Shown here: positions 54,776-64,000 of the stretch, one piece after another
How positions within the stretch are numbered: the first letter of the stretch is position 1
Layout of the letters: each line of letters opens with the position of its first letter
Origin: a virus
DNA: 64,000 bases
IMG/VR virus record: IMGVR_UViG_3300031251_000007
Location: 23,782-87,781 of that record
Strand: one strand, 5' to 3'
Notes under the pieces: model-generated
Database searches by the model: none
What the model was told of the DNA's origin: nothing
Seen by the model: only the letters and a program-made list of their open reading frames with translations
Made by a program: the position numbers and the translations under genes

Positions 54776-56622
54776 CACACCTCCCACGTGTCCTCTTTCA
54801 GCTGCGGTGGCTCATAGAGCGCCAGCACAAACGCATCGGCTCTGTCCGGCGACCGCCCAATGCGTTTCTTGATTTCCTCTTTCGCGATCAGCAGCACGCA
54901 GTCCTTCAGTTCCTTGTGCTCGGCGCCGCTCTCGCCGACGACGCGCACCGACTTGGTCTTGTGGATCAGCCGATGCTCCATCAGCTCGGCGCGCATGAGC
55001 GGATCGTCGGGCATGTCGATCAGCCCGCGGGCGAGCAGCAGCGACGCCCGCACGTACATGGCGGTGCGCAGGTTCTCGGAGTACGGCTCGCCCGGCGTTG
55101 GATCTGGCGCCGCACTTCCGAAGCTCACGCCGATTGCTTGCTTGCCCAAGATGCGCGCGTGATCGAGCACTGAGCTGCCGACGCTGCCTTCGTCCACGCT
55201 CCACGGGCAGCGCTGCGGAAAGTGCGTCGCGATGCGGTTGGCGATCGTCGGCCCGTCGCCCTTGCCGAGTGCGACCACTTCACCGACACGGATGCGTCGC
55301 GTCGCGACCACCTCGTCGACGGCTTCAGTGCTCTCAAGCCGTGCGCTCGCCCAGGCGCGCAGCAGCGTCTCCGCACTGTCGCCCCAGGCCGGAACGGCCA
55401 TGTTTTCATCCGCGCCTTCGCGCGCGCAGTCGACGCCGAGACGGCTCGGCGCTTCAGTCGGGTCAGGCTCGGCGCGCCAGCGTTCAGCCGCGGCATCGAG
55501 GAGCGACGGCTCGAATAGGCCGGCATCGGTTCGGTCCGGCCACTGCCCCAGCACCTGGCCCTGAAACACACCGTTGGGTCGGTAGACGCGCACCGCACCG
55601 TCTGGATGCCCGATCACACCATCGGCGCGGGCGCCACGCTCATCGGCAGCAGGCGGCGGCAGCGCGTAGTGAAAGTCTCGCCGCTCCGGATCGGGCTGCA
55701 CCGCCGGATACGCGCCGCGGTCACGGCAATCGATCTTCACGCGCGCATCGATCACGGCGAAGTCGATCGCGTCGGGGATCACCGGCCGCCGCTCGCGGAT
55801 GTTCGGATGATCGAAGGCCGACAGATGCATGACGTGGTACGTGCCGCCGCGCGCACGCGTGTACGCCGAGCCGCGGGCCTCGGTCGGGTTGAACGCCGAG
55901 ATGATCTTGTTCCCGACCGCCGAGCACATGCCTTCGGTGCCGCGCCAGATCGGTTCGACGACACCCTGCCCCTCTTCGATGATCGCCGTCATGTTCCGTT
56001 GATGGCGTCCGCTGACCGTGTGCGCGACGTCTTCGCCGACATGCTTGGGCGGCGCGAAGTCTTCGACGAACCAGTCCGGCCGCACGCGCCAGAGCACGGA
56101 CTTCTCGGACAGATCCGCATAGCCGGGCATGCCGAAGCCGCGCGCGATCGCGCGGCGCAGATGCATCAGCACCTCGCGGTAGATCGTGGTGAAGATCGTG
56201 TCGTGGTCGGGCCCCGGCAGCAGGATGATGGCGCCCTGCTCGTCGAGGCCGCGGTCGGTCGCCGGCAGCGAGGCAACGGCGTCCATGACGTACACGACGT
56301 AGCCGCCTAGAAGACTCGACTTGCCGACGTTGTTCGCCGCGGCGATCAGGACGCGGCTCCGTGCTTCGATCTCGGCGAGCGCGCGCTCTTGCTGCGCGGT
56401 CAGTGTCCAGCCGAGGATCTCGGCGAAGTAGCGCGACGGATCGCCGGCGAGGCCGCGGCGGTGCTCGATGTCGCGCGGCGGGCCTTTGGGCTTGGGCGTG
56501 CCCTTCTCGCCGTAGAGCTTCGCCGCCGCGACGATCGCCTCGGTTCGCTTGGGCTCCGGCAACGCCATAATCCGCGCGTAGAGTTCTTCGCGCGTCATCG
56601 CCGCTGTGGGCTGTTCGGTCAC
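54772..56622 (-). CDS. terL: Terminase large subunit
   Basis: AANNVGKS (Walker A), IIEEGQ (Walker B), FNP, LGVDCAREGAD and SPDRADA. Confidence 0.9.
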   Translation of the reverse strand: MTEQPTAAMTREELYARIMALPEPKRTEAIVAAAKLYGEKGTPKPKGPPRDIEHRRGLAGDPSRYFAEILGWTLTAQQERALAEIEARSRVLIAAANNVGKSSLLGGYVVYVMDAVASLPATDRGLDEQGAIILLPGPDHDTIFTTIYREVLMHLRRAIARGFGMPGYADLSEKSVLWRVRPDWFVEDFAPPKHVGEDVAHTVSGRHQRNMTAIIEEGQGVVEPIWRGTEGMCSAVGNKIISAFNPTEARGSAYTRARGGTYHVMHLSAFDHPNIRERRPVIPDAIDFAVIDARVKIDCRDRGAYPAVQPDPERRDFHYALPPPAADERGARADGVIGHPDGAVRVYRPNGVFQGQVLGQWPDRTDAGLFEPSLLDAAAERWRAEPDPTEAPSRLGVDCAREGADENMAVPAWGDSAETLLRAWASARLESTEAVDEVVATRRIRVGEVVALGKGDGPTIANRIATHFPQRCPWSVDEGSVGSSVLDHARILGKQAIGVSFGSAAPDPTPGEPYSENLRTAMYVRASLLLARGLIDMPDDPLMRAELMEHRLIHKTKSVRVVGESGAEHKELKDCVLLIAKEEIKKRIGRSPDRADAFVLALYEPPQLKEDTWEVW

Positions 56623-56626
56623 CGGC

Positions 56627-57208
56627 TCATCGTTCCTTGCCGGGTACCGCTTCCGGCTTCACACCGAGTAGGCGCGCCAGCTCTGACGCGGGATCTTCCA
56701 CCATCACACGCAGCTTCTTCGGCTCGGCGCGCTCCAAGATCTCCATGTTGGCGTCGAGGATGACCTTCGCCGCCGCGGCGTCGTCGCGATCGGCAATGCG
56801 CGCGGGTGGCTTCTCGGCGCCCGCAGCCTCGGCCGCGGCGAGCTCGGCCAAGTAGTCGGCCATCGACTGCCCACGGCGGCGCGGTGGTTGCGCTATGCCG
56901 CCCGGCACTTTTCCCTCGGCGATGTCGACCAGACGTTGCTGCGCTGCCGGTGCGAGTTCCTTCCAATCGCGCAGGCGCTCAGCCGCCGCTTCCTCGGCCT
57001 TGCGGTGCGCTTCCGCAACAGCGTTCTGTACGCCATCATTTGCCATCAACCGCGCCGCGAGCTTGTGCGCTCCCTTCGGGCTGTATCCAGCGGCGACGTA
57101 CGCCCGTGTCTGATTGCCACGCACGCCGTCGTTGCCGGCGGTGAAGTGCCGCACGAATTCGCGCTGCCGTGCATTCAACGGCCGCGCCTTCTTCCCCTTA
57201 CGCGGCAC
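56627..57208 (-). CDS. terS: Terminase small subunit
   Basis: LNARQREFV...NQTRAYVAAGYSPKGA...AARL. Confidence 0.85.
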   Translation of the reverse strand: MPRKGKKARPLNARQREFVRHFTAGNDGVRGNQTRAYVAAGYSPKGAHKLAARLMANDGVQNAVAEAHRKAEEAAAERLRDWKELAPAAQQRLVDIAEGKVPGGIAQPPRRRGQSMADYLAELAAAEAAGAEKPPARIADRDDAAAAKVILDANMEILERAEPKKLRVMVEDPASELARLLGVKPEAVPGKER

Positions 57209-57986
57209 GCGCCACCTCTCGCTCTCGCGGCAGCTCGTCCCAGGTGCGGCCATCCACCAGCCGCCCGGCGCTGGTCGGTCTTAGCCCGCCCCACTGCTTG
57301 TGGAAGAACTTCACCCCCGCGGCCACGCACGCGTCGCGCAGATCGGTGATCCAGTGCGCGCGATCGGCCCGTGGCACCCAGCGCCCGTCGACCAGCTCAG
57401 CTAAGCCTCTCCGGCCACGCAGCGCCGCGTCTTTCAGGTGCAGCCCCGACTCGCCGCCGGTGATGACCCAGTGCAGCCCGTCGAGCTTCAGCGCCGGCAC
57501 GAGCGGCGACAGCAGCGGCTCGGCTGAGATGAACCGCACTTCCGCTTGGACCTGGCGCAGGATGTCGGCGCGCGCCGCGTACAGGCACGACTCGATCGAC
57601 GTGCCCGCCCAGAAGTTCGATGGCAGCCGCCGGCGCCGGCTGTATCGCAGCATATTCTCCGGCCGCTTGGTCAACACCTGGTACTGGTGGCGCGGCGTCG
57701 CCTCGATCACGTCAAGCACCTGGTCGCGGTAGCTGTCCGGGATTGCCTCCCAGAACAGATCGGACATCGAGTTGACGAAGATCAGGGACGGCTCTTTGAG
57801 CGCGTGCGGCTCGCGCAGCTTGTGCGGCCGGATGGTGAGATCGAAACCGTTTGGGAAGGCGCTCGTGCCGAGGTACCGCTCGGCGAGCGTCTTCGCGTAG
57901 CAGAACTTGCAGCCCGGGCTGATCTCGACGCAACCGGAGGCGGGGTTCCACGTCCGGCCGGTCCAGGGGATGGCGGTCTCGTTCAC
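57198..57986 (-). CDS. Phage Gp37/Gp68 (DUF5131) radical-SAM-like protein
   Basis: TWNP..GC..ISPGCKFCYA, FVNSMSDLF, LTKRP, ISAEPLL, GGESG and FHKQWG. Confidence 0.92.
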   Translation of the reverse strand: MNETAIPWTGRTWNPASGCVEISPGCKFCYAKTLAERYLGTSAFPNGFDLTIRPHKLREPHALKEPSLIFVNSMSDLFWEAIPDSYRDQVLDVIEATPRHQYQVLTKRPENMLRYSRRRRLPSNFWAGTSIESCLYAARADILRQVQAEVRFISAEPLLSPLVPALKLDGLHWVITGGESGLHLKDAALRGRRGLAELVDGRWVPRADRAHWITDLRDACVAAGVKFFHKQWGGLRPTSAGRLVDGRTWDELPREREVARAA

Positions 57987-57988
57987 GG

Positions 57989-58648
57989 CTACGCTCCGAT
58001 CTCGGCGTCGACGGCGACGACTTCTTCGACCAGCTTGCCGAAGCGGACAGCTCGGCGAAGGCGCACCGACGCGACCTTGCACTGCGTCACCTGCTCGAAC
58101 GTCCGCACGGCGTTCAGGATCAGTCCCTCGAGCTGCCGTTGTCGGTCCCTGGTCATCGTGGCTGCCGCTGGCAGCGGCTCAGGCTGACGCGCCCTCTGCC
58201 TTCGACTCTTCGCTCGCATCGGCTGCTCCCCTTCCGCACGTTTCGCGTGAAACATTCCCAGGAGCTCGGCACGCCGCCAGGCGAACGGCACGTGCTCGGC
58301 CCCGTAGCCCGCTTCCCGAAGGCCTGCGACCATGCGCTTGGCGGCGTCGGCGTTCAGGCTGTGCACCACGAATGAGCCGACGTCCGGCCGGTGCTCCACG
58401 ATCCACCGCACCACCGCGGCGCCGGTGTTCGGCTTGCTCGAATCGACGTACACTTCGCCGCCGAGGTCGTGGTCGAGAAACGCCACGTCCCAGGGGCAGG
58501 CTGAGAGCTGCTCGATGCACGCGTCGGCGGTCTCGACGCAGACGGCGTCAGGCACGAGCGACCGGAAGATCGCGGTGCGCTCGGGGCAGTCGTCGAGAAA
58601 CAACGCGCGACGCCTCTCGCTTGCGGCCAATTGGGTATGCGCGGGCAT
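57989..58648 (-). CDS. Cyclic-phosphate-processing receiver-like domain protein
   Basis: LFLDD..R, FLDHDLG, TG..V..W and VHSLN...A..M. Confidence 0.75.
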   Translation of the reverse strand: MPAHTQLAASERRRALFLDDCPERTAIFRSLVPDAVCVETADACIEQLSACPWDVAFLDHDLGGEVYVDSSKPNTGAAVVRWIVEHRPDVGSFVVHSLNADAAKRMVAGLREAGYGAEHVPFAWRRAELLGMFHAKRAEGEQPMRAKSRRQRARQPEPLPAAATMTRDRQRQLEGLILNAVRTFEQVTQCKVASVRLRRAVRFGKLVEEVVAVDAEIGA

Positions 58649-58717
58649 CAGTGCACGCCCTCGATCGCAATGCCGAGTCCAACGCCGAGCGCCCACACGC
58701 AGAGCGGGCACAGTAGG

Positions 58718-59241
58718 TCACTCACGGCCTTCTCCTCCTGCGCGCGGTTTCTGCCGCTCAGTCAACCATGCCGCTTCGGTGCGTAGCGCGGCAGCAGCTA
58801 GCTCCGGTGCGTCGGCGGCCTCACCCCGATCGAGGTCGAGCGCGACGCGCGTCAGCCGTTGCGCAACCTGCTCAAGCAGCCTTCGAACAACTGGGCTGTT
58901 GCGCGGGTCTTTGAAATGGCGATGCAGGCCCCGTTCGACCAGCAGCGCTTCATTGCGCTTCTCCCGCTCGTACTCGCGCCAAGATTCGCTGATCCGTGCG
59001 ATGACCCATCGCAACTCCCGCCACCCGCCTTCCCATTGCCATTCAGGCACGCCGACGAAGGTGATCTTCACGCCGGCCGGATCGAGATAGACGGCCAGCG
59101 CGCCGAGCTCGTGCGGGTCGCTTTCTTCGGGCTCGACGACGAAGAGCACGGGCGAGGTCAGCTGCGGCGGCTTTAGGCCGCGGAAGGCCATCTCGGAGAC
59201 CTCCGCCAGCGAGAGCAGCGCCGGCGTCGACACGGATCGCA
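58718..59241 (-). CDS. Hypothetical protein
   Basis: Long ORF in the operon. Start uncertain. Confidence 0.5.
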
Positions 59242-59456
59242 TCGCGTCGGTCACTGCGATTCCCTCCCGTCGCACTCAAACGCCGGCGGCTCGGGCTTCG
59301 CCGCGATGTGCGCCGACACGCGGATGTGCGCCGGCGGCGGCCACTCGATCGGTTCGCCGTCCCGCACCCGGCGTGCATTGGCGGTGTACAGGTCGGCCAG
59401 GTCATCGAGGCCGGCAGCGTGGAGCTCGGCCGCGGCGGCAGACCACTCGGCAACGG

Positions 59457-59669
59457 TTAGGCGCATGCGTCACCTCGGCGGCTTTCCGGCTTGCGGTGCG
59501 GGCACGGCGAGAGGCGGCAGAGTTGGCTGTGCACGCGCTGGCGCCAGAGCCAGCGGATGGCGCGCCGTTCGGTTTCGCTCACGGCTTGGTTGGAGAGGCC
59601 GAGGCGGCGAGCGACTTCACGGGTGGTCGCGGCTTCGGCGATGCGGAGGTCTTTGTCGGCGAGGTTCAT
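59457..59669 (-). CDS. Sigma70 region-4-like HTH protein
   Basis: TTREVARRLGLSNQAVSETERRAIRWL. Confidence 0.65.
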   Translation of the reverse strand: MNLADKDLRIAEAATTREVARRLGLSNQAVSETERRAIRWLWRQRVHSQLCRLSPCPHRKPESRRGDACA

Positions 59670-60571
59670 GCGGCGCCTCGCCTTTGCTGATGGCTCATTT
59701 CGGCGGCGATGTTCAGGCAGGTTCGGTTGAAGTAGCCACCCGGCTTCCTGAGCTTCCCTTCGCGCGGCGACATCATGCGCTGACGAGTCGACGACAACGC
59801 GCGCTCGAGACCACCGGGCCCGATGATCTCCGCGTAGCCCTGGTACAGCGCACGGTTTGCTCTTGTCTCGCGCTCACCGGTGACTTCCAGGATCCGACCG
59901 AACAGCGGTTCGAAATCGAAATCCTCCAGCGAGAAGCGAGGCACGCGACTGGTTTCTGGAGGCAACCGGCCGACTTTGGGCGCACCCGCATTCGAAGACG
60001 AATCGCTTTTTACGATCTTCTCGTCTCGTCTCGTCTCGTCTCGTCTAGGTCCGGATTTTGTCCGGCAACTTTCCGGTGTGTGTCCGGAATCTTCCGGACG
60101 TTCTGCGGACGACTGTCCGGTTGGCGTCCGCTCGGTGGCGGACGGAGCGCCTACACGCTGGGGATTCGCACCAGCGGCGGTGTCCGTCGGGGGCGTGTCA
60201 CTCGACGGCGAGGCGTCATTGTGGTTGCGGCGGCCGTTGCGCTTTCGGAGCGCGTCGTTGGCGCGCACCTTGGCCGTTTCTCCGTTGTGCTTGTCGAACC
60301 GAGGTATGCGAACGCCCTCGTCGACGACCTCTAGCCAGCCGACGCCACTGAGCGCGGCGGTGAAGCCCTGCAGCCCGATGATGTGGTCTAGGAGCTCGGC
60401 CGTCATGAAGCGGATCAGGCCGTCGACGGTATGTGTGTCGGCGTACTTCCAGAGGCGCCAGAGTTTCCCGACGACCAGGTCGACGTCGGGCACTTTGAGC
60501 GCGAAGGTGATCCAGAGCACCCGCGGGTCGGTGTCGAGATCGGTGCGCAGCTTGATCCAATCCTGCGCCAT
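59666..60571 (-). CDS. Phage replication initiator
   Basis: WIKL..DL.TDPRV, VGKLWRLW.YAD, GF..AL..VGWL, a low-complexity linker with iterons, and C-terminal KPGGYF. Confidence 0.8.
   Translation of the reverse strand: MAQDWIKLRTDLDTDPRVLWITFALKVPDVDLVVGKLWRLWKYADTHTVDGLIRFMTAELLDHIIGLQGFTAALSGVGWLEVVDEGVRIPRFDKHNGETAKVRANDALRKRNGRRNHNDASPSSDTPPTDTAAGANPQRVGAPSATERTPTGQSSAERPEDSGHTPESCRTKSGPRRDETRRDEKIVKSDSSSNAGAPKVGRLPPETSRVPRFSLEDFDFEPLFGRILEVTGERETRANRALYQGYAEIIGPGGLERALSSTRQRMMSPREGKLRKPGGYFNRTCLNIAAEMSHQQRRGAA
60021..60130. repeat. Putative origin iterons inside the rep gene
   Basis: (TCGTC)x5 at 60021-60045. TCCGG-like units at 60050, 60061, 60072, 60083, 60093, 60104, 60116 and 60127. 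Confidence 0.65.
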
Positions 60572-61062
60572 CAGTGCACCCGCGCGCCCTTCGAGCGATT
60601 GCACGGCCCGCAGAGCGCTTGGAGGTTATCGATCGTTGAGTCGCCTCCGAGCGCAACGGGGAATATGTGGTCGATCTCCAGGCCATCTGTTGTGCCGCAC
60701 CAGCGACAGGCTCGATCACGTTCAAGGATCGCCTGGCGAACGGTGCGCGGCACGTACCGGCAGGGCTCATCGCGATCGAGCCATGGCATCAGCCGAGGTA
60801 CGATGAAGCCTGGCCTGCCTGGTGCTTCCTCGAACAGCCGAACGATCGGTGGCGCGAGTGCGCGCCACCGCTGATTCGACACCCGAGCCAGCAGAGCCAA
60901 GGAGCGGGAGTCTGAAGGGATGGCGCTGTCGTCCGCCTGCGCGCAATGACACAGCAGCCGGATGTAGATTCCCTCTTGCTCGGGCAGAAGGCAGCAGATC
61001 TCCGCTGAGCAGAGCCATTGCGTCGCGTTGAACCTGAATGGCCGCGTTCGCTTCTCAGCCAT
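60571..61062 (-). CDS. YdaU/DUF1376-like domain fused to HNH endonuclease
   Basis: F.F....WL...EGIYIRLLC, followed by RDRACRWCG..LEIDHIFP..GG...NLQALC..CN..KG. Confidence 0.8.
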   Translation of the reverse strand: MAEKRTRPFRFNATQWLCSAEICCLLPEQEGIYIRLLCHCAQADDSAIPSDSRSLALLARVSNQRWRALAPPIVRLFEEAPGRPGFIVPRLMPWLDRDEPCRYVPRTVRQAILERDRACRWCGTTDGLEIDHIFPVALGGDSTIDNLQALCGPCNRSKGARVH

Positions 61063-61067
61063 CGCCC

Positions 61068-61400
61068 CTACGCGCCCCTTCCCGGCCGCAGCCATGGCGT
61101 CAGATCCTCGAAGCTCGTCGCCACGACGTGGACGATCCCGGCCTTGCGACAGGCATCGCGGAATTCCACCTGCTCGGGCCGCATTCTCCCGCGCTTGCTC
61201 TTCACCTCGATCCAGACCGTGCCGATGCCGGGCACGAGCGCGACGAGGTCAGGGACGCCGGGATCACCGACTTGCACAAAGCGCGTGCTGCCGTCGGCGT
61301 TCTGCACCGGGAAACACCCGACCCCGATGCCGTAGTGCGGGATGCGCAGCAGCGTCAGGCCTTGGCGGATGGTCTTCTTGATCTCACCCTCTGGGGTCAT
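61068..61400 (-). CDS. VRR-NUC nuclease
   Basis: E..IK..I, GVPDL and WIEVKSKRGRMRPEQ. Confidence 0.85.
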   Translation of the reverse strand: MTPEGEIKKTIRQGLTLLRIPHYGIGVGCFPVQNADGSTRFVQVGDPGVPDLVALVPGIGTVWIEVKSKRGRMRPEQVEFRDACRKAGIVHVVATSFEDLTPWLRPGRGA

Positions 61401-61465
61401 GGGTGCGTTACGGCGTCGCCGGCGACGAGAGCCGTAGCGGGATTGTCCGAGGAGCTCGGCAGTGT

Positions 61466-62464
61466 TCACGGCTTGCCCTCCCCCGCCACCGAGTCCGCGA
61501 GCTGTTCGAGCCGACAGATAACACCACCAACAGTGAGGATTTCCCCCTCACTGCGCGCTTGCTTCATTGCGGTGCTGAGCTGCCGTAAGTTCTCCGCACA
61601 CTGCTGGCGCGTGGCGGCTTGGATGGTGTCGAGTTGCTGCCGCGCCTGCTCCAACTCGGCGGTGAGGCGCTTGCATTCCTCGTTCTTCCAGACAGCTGAC
61701 TCGCCGAAGCTGTCACGCTCGGCGCGCAGCTGTTCGATGCGTTCGTTGGCGTCGCTGAGCGCGGCTGTGAGCCATTCGTTTCCGCGACTGAGGCGCGATA
61801 GCTCTGCGCATGCCCACTGCGCACCGGTGGCATTGGCGCGAAGCTGCTGTTTGACCTGCTCCAGCTCGGCGGCGAGCTTCTCCTTCTCCGCTCGCCACTG
61901 GTCGCGCTCATCGAGCCGTCGCCCTTCTTGTTCATCGCGCTGCTTGGCGCGGTCGATGGCGGTGGCCTTCCAGTTGGCGAGGTCCGAGGCGAGCCGCTCC
62001 GCCCGCGTCAGCAACCCGAGCATCACGATGCCATCGGCCACCGGCACGCCGGCCGCCGTCAGCGCGTCGTGCAGCTGAGTGTCGAGCGCGACACGTTCAA
62101 GTGCACCGTCGAGTAGCTTCGCGTTCTGTGCCTTGAGCGCCTCCACCTCGCCGGGGTCGGCGGCGGGCGCGGGGAGCTGGGCGGCAACTCTACGCAGAGC
62201 GACCGCTCGAATAGCGTCGTTATGGCCGAGTCCTGTCGTCTCGTGCTGCCGCGCGATTTCAATCAGTCGTTGATGACACCCGCAGCGCGGGGCGGCGTTC
62301 AGCGCGGCGGCGATTAGCTCGGCTTCGCTTCGTTCGTGGACATACGCAATGACGGCGCCGGAGCAGTCACGTACGACGTAGCGCTGTTCGTGTACGTGGC
62401 GCTCCGCCTCGAAGATGTTAGGCTGGTCGACCCGCACCGGCCGCTTGATCTCCGGCGCGCTCAT
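61466..62464 (-). CDS. Coiled-coil hypothetical protein
   Basis: 332 aa, heptad-rich. Confidence 0.65.
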   Translation of the reverse strand: MSAPEIKRPVRVDQPNIFEAERHVHEQRYVVRDCSGAVIAYVHERSEAELIAAALNAAPRCGCHQRLIEIARQHETTGLGHNDAIRAVALRRVAAQLPAPAADPGEVEALKAQNAKLLDGALERVALDTQLHDALTAAGVPVADGIVMLGLLTRAERLASDLANWKATAIDRAKQRDEQEGRRLDERDQWRAEKEKLAAELEQVKQQLRANATGAQWACAELSRLSRGNEWLTAALSDANERIEQLRAERDSFGESAVWKNEECKRLTAELEQARQQLDTIQAATRQQCAENLRQLSTAMKQARSEGEILTVGGVICRLEQLADSVAGEGKP

Positions 62465-62640
62465 CGGCGCACCTCGACGGCCTTGATCTCGAACCCATGC
62501 GACGCGCAGTGCACCGTGACTACTGCTCCGTCACGCGCCCATTTGGTCGCGAGCGCTAACGCTTCCGTGAGCCTCGCCCGCGTGTCGTACTGCGCGCGGC
62601 TTGATTCGATCGTCCACTTCTGACGGCGATGGCGGCTCAT
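62461..62640 (-). CDS. Small hypothetical protein
   Basis: SD AGGAG and an ATGA overlap. Confidence 0.45.
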   Translation of the reverse strand: MSRHRRQKWTIESSRAQYDTRARLTEALALATKWARDGAVVTVHCASHGFEIKAVEVRR

Positions 62641-62763
62641 CGGCGTGCTCCTGCCGGGGCGCAATCGTCGCAGAGCCACGCGCGAAACCAGCAGTTGAAT
62701 CGGCGCCAGCCGACGCGCGCCCAAGCGCCGCAGTCTTCACAATAGTCGTAGAATCCGTTGCGC

Positions 62764-62958
62764 TCAGCCATGGCGCTCCTTCGAAGGGGCGTTGGCATCA
62801 GCGCATTTCAGGTGCGCGCGACGACTATAGCCGCCGTCGTAGTAGTACTGACCCAACGTGATAGCTTGCGGACACAAGCAGCAGTGGTGCATCGAATAAC
62901 AGACGCGTAGCGGATACTCGGTAAGCCGTCGTTTCTTGCGGATTCCGTCGAAGCTCAC
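62764..62958 (-). CDS. Small Cys/His protein
   Basis: GTGA overlap. HHCCLC...I..G..Y...H..C. Confidence 0.5.
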   Translation of the reverse strand: MSFDGIRKKRRLTEYPLRVCYSMHHCCLCPQAITLGQYYYDGGYSRRAHLKCADANAPSKERHG

Positions 62959-63245
62959 GACGCACCGCCTTCCGTCTCCTCCGGGGTGAAACGTCCCAGG
63001 TAGTAGATCTCTCCCGGATGCGCGGCGATGTATTCGGCAGTGGCCTTCACCTGCTTGAAGCGACCGTGCCATTGGCCGCTGTTCTGGCTGGGCTCACCGC
63101 TTCGATACGTCCTCGGCGCGCACGCTGAGCAGAGCGCCTTGCCCACGTACTCCGGCGCGAACATCTCAGCGTCGTGGCGCGACCAGAAGTGCCCGAGCGC
63201 TGTGTTGTCGATCGTGTCGCAGTTGTCGCAGACGAAGAGGGGCAT
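62955..63245 (-). CDS. Zn-binding phage protein
   Basis: LFVCDNC..IDNTAL...LCSAC...GQWHGRF. Confidence 0.65.
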   Translation of the reverse strand: MPLFVCDNCDTIDNTALGHFWSRHDAEMFAPEYVGKALCSACAPRTYRSGEPSQNSGQWHGRFKQVKATAEYIAAHPGEIYYLGRFTPEETEGGAS

Positions 63246-63464
63246 CTACTTCCCCTCCGTCGCCGCGTCGTCTTCGACCAGCTCGAATTGATGACATATG
63301 CGTCCAAGGCTTCCGATGAAGCGCGGTTCGCCTTCCCAATCCTCAGTGTCGATGGCCATGACCAACCCGACCTTCTGGCCGGATATGGATTCGACGACAC
63401 AGAGAGTTCCGTTGGTGCGGCTGCGGATCTTGTCGCCGACCTTCAATTTCGTGATGGCGCCCAT
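63246..63464 (-). CDS. Small SH3/KOW-like protein
   Basis: SD GGAGG and LKVGDKI. Confidence 0.55.
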   Translation of the reverse strand: MGAITKLKVGDKIRSRTNGTLCVVESISGQKVGLVMAIDTEDWEGEPRFIGSLGRICHQFELVEDDAATEGK

Positions 63465-64000
63465 CTACTTCTCCTCCCTCGTCGCGCCCTCGACGGTCGC
63501 GGCCGGGCGCGGCAAGAGGGCTGCTAGTTCCGCCGCGATGTTCTCGACCCAGCCCGCAGTCTGGTGGTCGCTATAGACACGAGCGTTGCCCGCTCGTTCC
63601 TTGAGCTTGCCAATGTAGCGCTCCACCTCCGCGACCAGCGCCTCCCGCGTCGGCTGGGGTGCGAGATTGTTTAGGGCAGCAACATAGATCGGTCGCGCGC
63701 TCGTTCCTGCGCTAACTTCCTTCGCCTCGGCGGTGGGCTGGGCGGCGAGGGCTGCGCGAGCCTGCTGCGCTGGGCAATCGGGCTGGCACAGCGGCAGCTC
63801 GTTTGCGCACTGCCGACAGAAATCGAGTCCGTTCTCGCAGTAGAATTCGTGATCGACCAGCGCTTGCAGCGCCCCCCGCAGCGCCTCCGCTTCCGCCTGG
63901 TGCTGCGCGGCGGCGTGACGGTATCCAGCAACGAACAGCGACCACAGCGCGCCCTCCCGATGCTCCTCGCGCGCAACCCACTTGAGGTCGTTTGCATATT
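63465..64000 (-). CDS. Hypothetical protein (5' partial)
   Basis: Open frame from the window end: YANDLKWVAREE...FCRQC...DCP...REEK*. Confidence 0.55.
   Translation of the reverse strand, partial: YANDLKWVAREEHREGALWSLFVAGYRHAAAQHQAEAEALRGALQALVDHEFYCENGLDFCRQCANELPLCQPDCPAQQARAALAAQPTAEAKEVSAGTSARPIYVAALNNLAPQPTREALVAEVERYIGKLKERAGNARVYSDHQTAGWVENIAAELAALLPRPAATVEGATREEK

Overview
High-GC tailed-phage (siphovirus-type) DNA with two convergent gene blocks. The + strand block (1-12.2 kb) holds the end of a C5 methyltransferase, a Dam-like D12 methylase with a structured leader, sulfotransferase-like, ASCH-like and KTSC proteins, an SNF2 helicase, a ligase core, a HigBA-type toxin-antitoxin pair and an Eco1/ESCO-like acetyltransferase. 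The - strand block (64-12.2 kb) runs from replication genes through terminases, a portal-MuF fusion, HicAB, an HK97 head, a non-contractile tail with a GTA-like tip and fibres, a ~9 kb cassette of secreted Cys/Thr-rich proteins, and lysis genes. Top finding: a nuclease-less Nop/IS110-C-terminal-like gene (3538-4377) is flanked on both sides by a ~36-nt-period dual-repeat array (RGCGAGCCG / RGAGYACCG alternating with ~9-nt variable spacers). This is the architecture of a TIGR-Tas (TasA-type) RNA-guided system. No integrase, tRNA, CRISPR or reverse transcriptase was recognised. All family calls come from motif recognition by eye; no searches were run.
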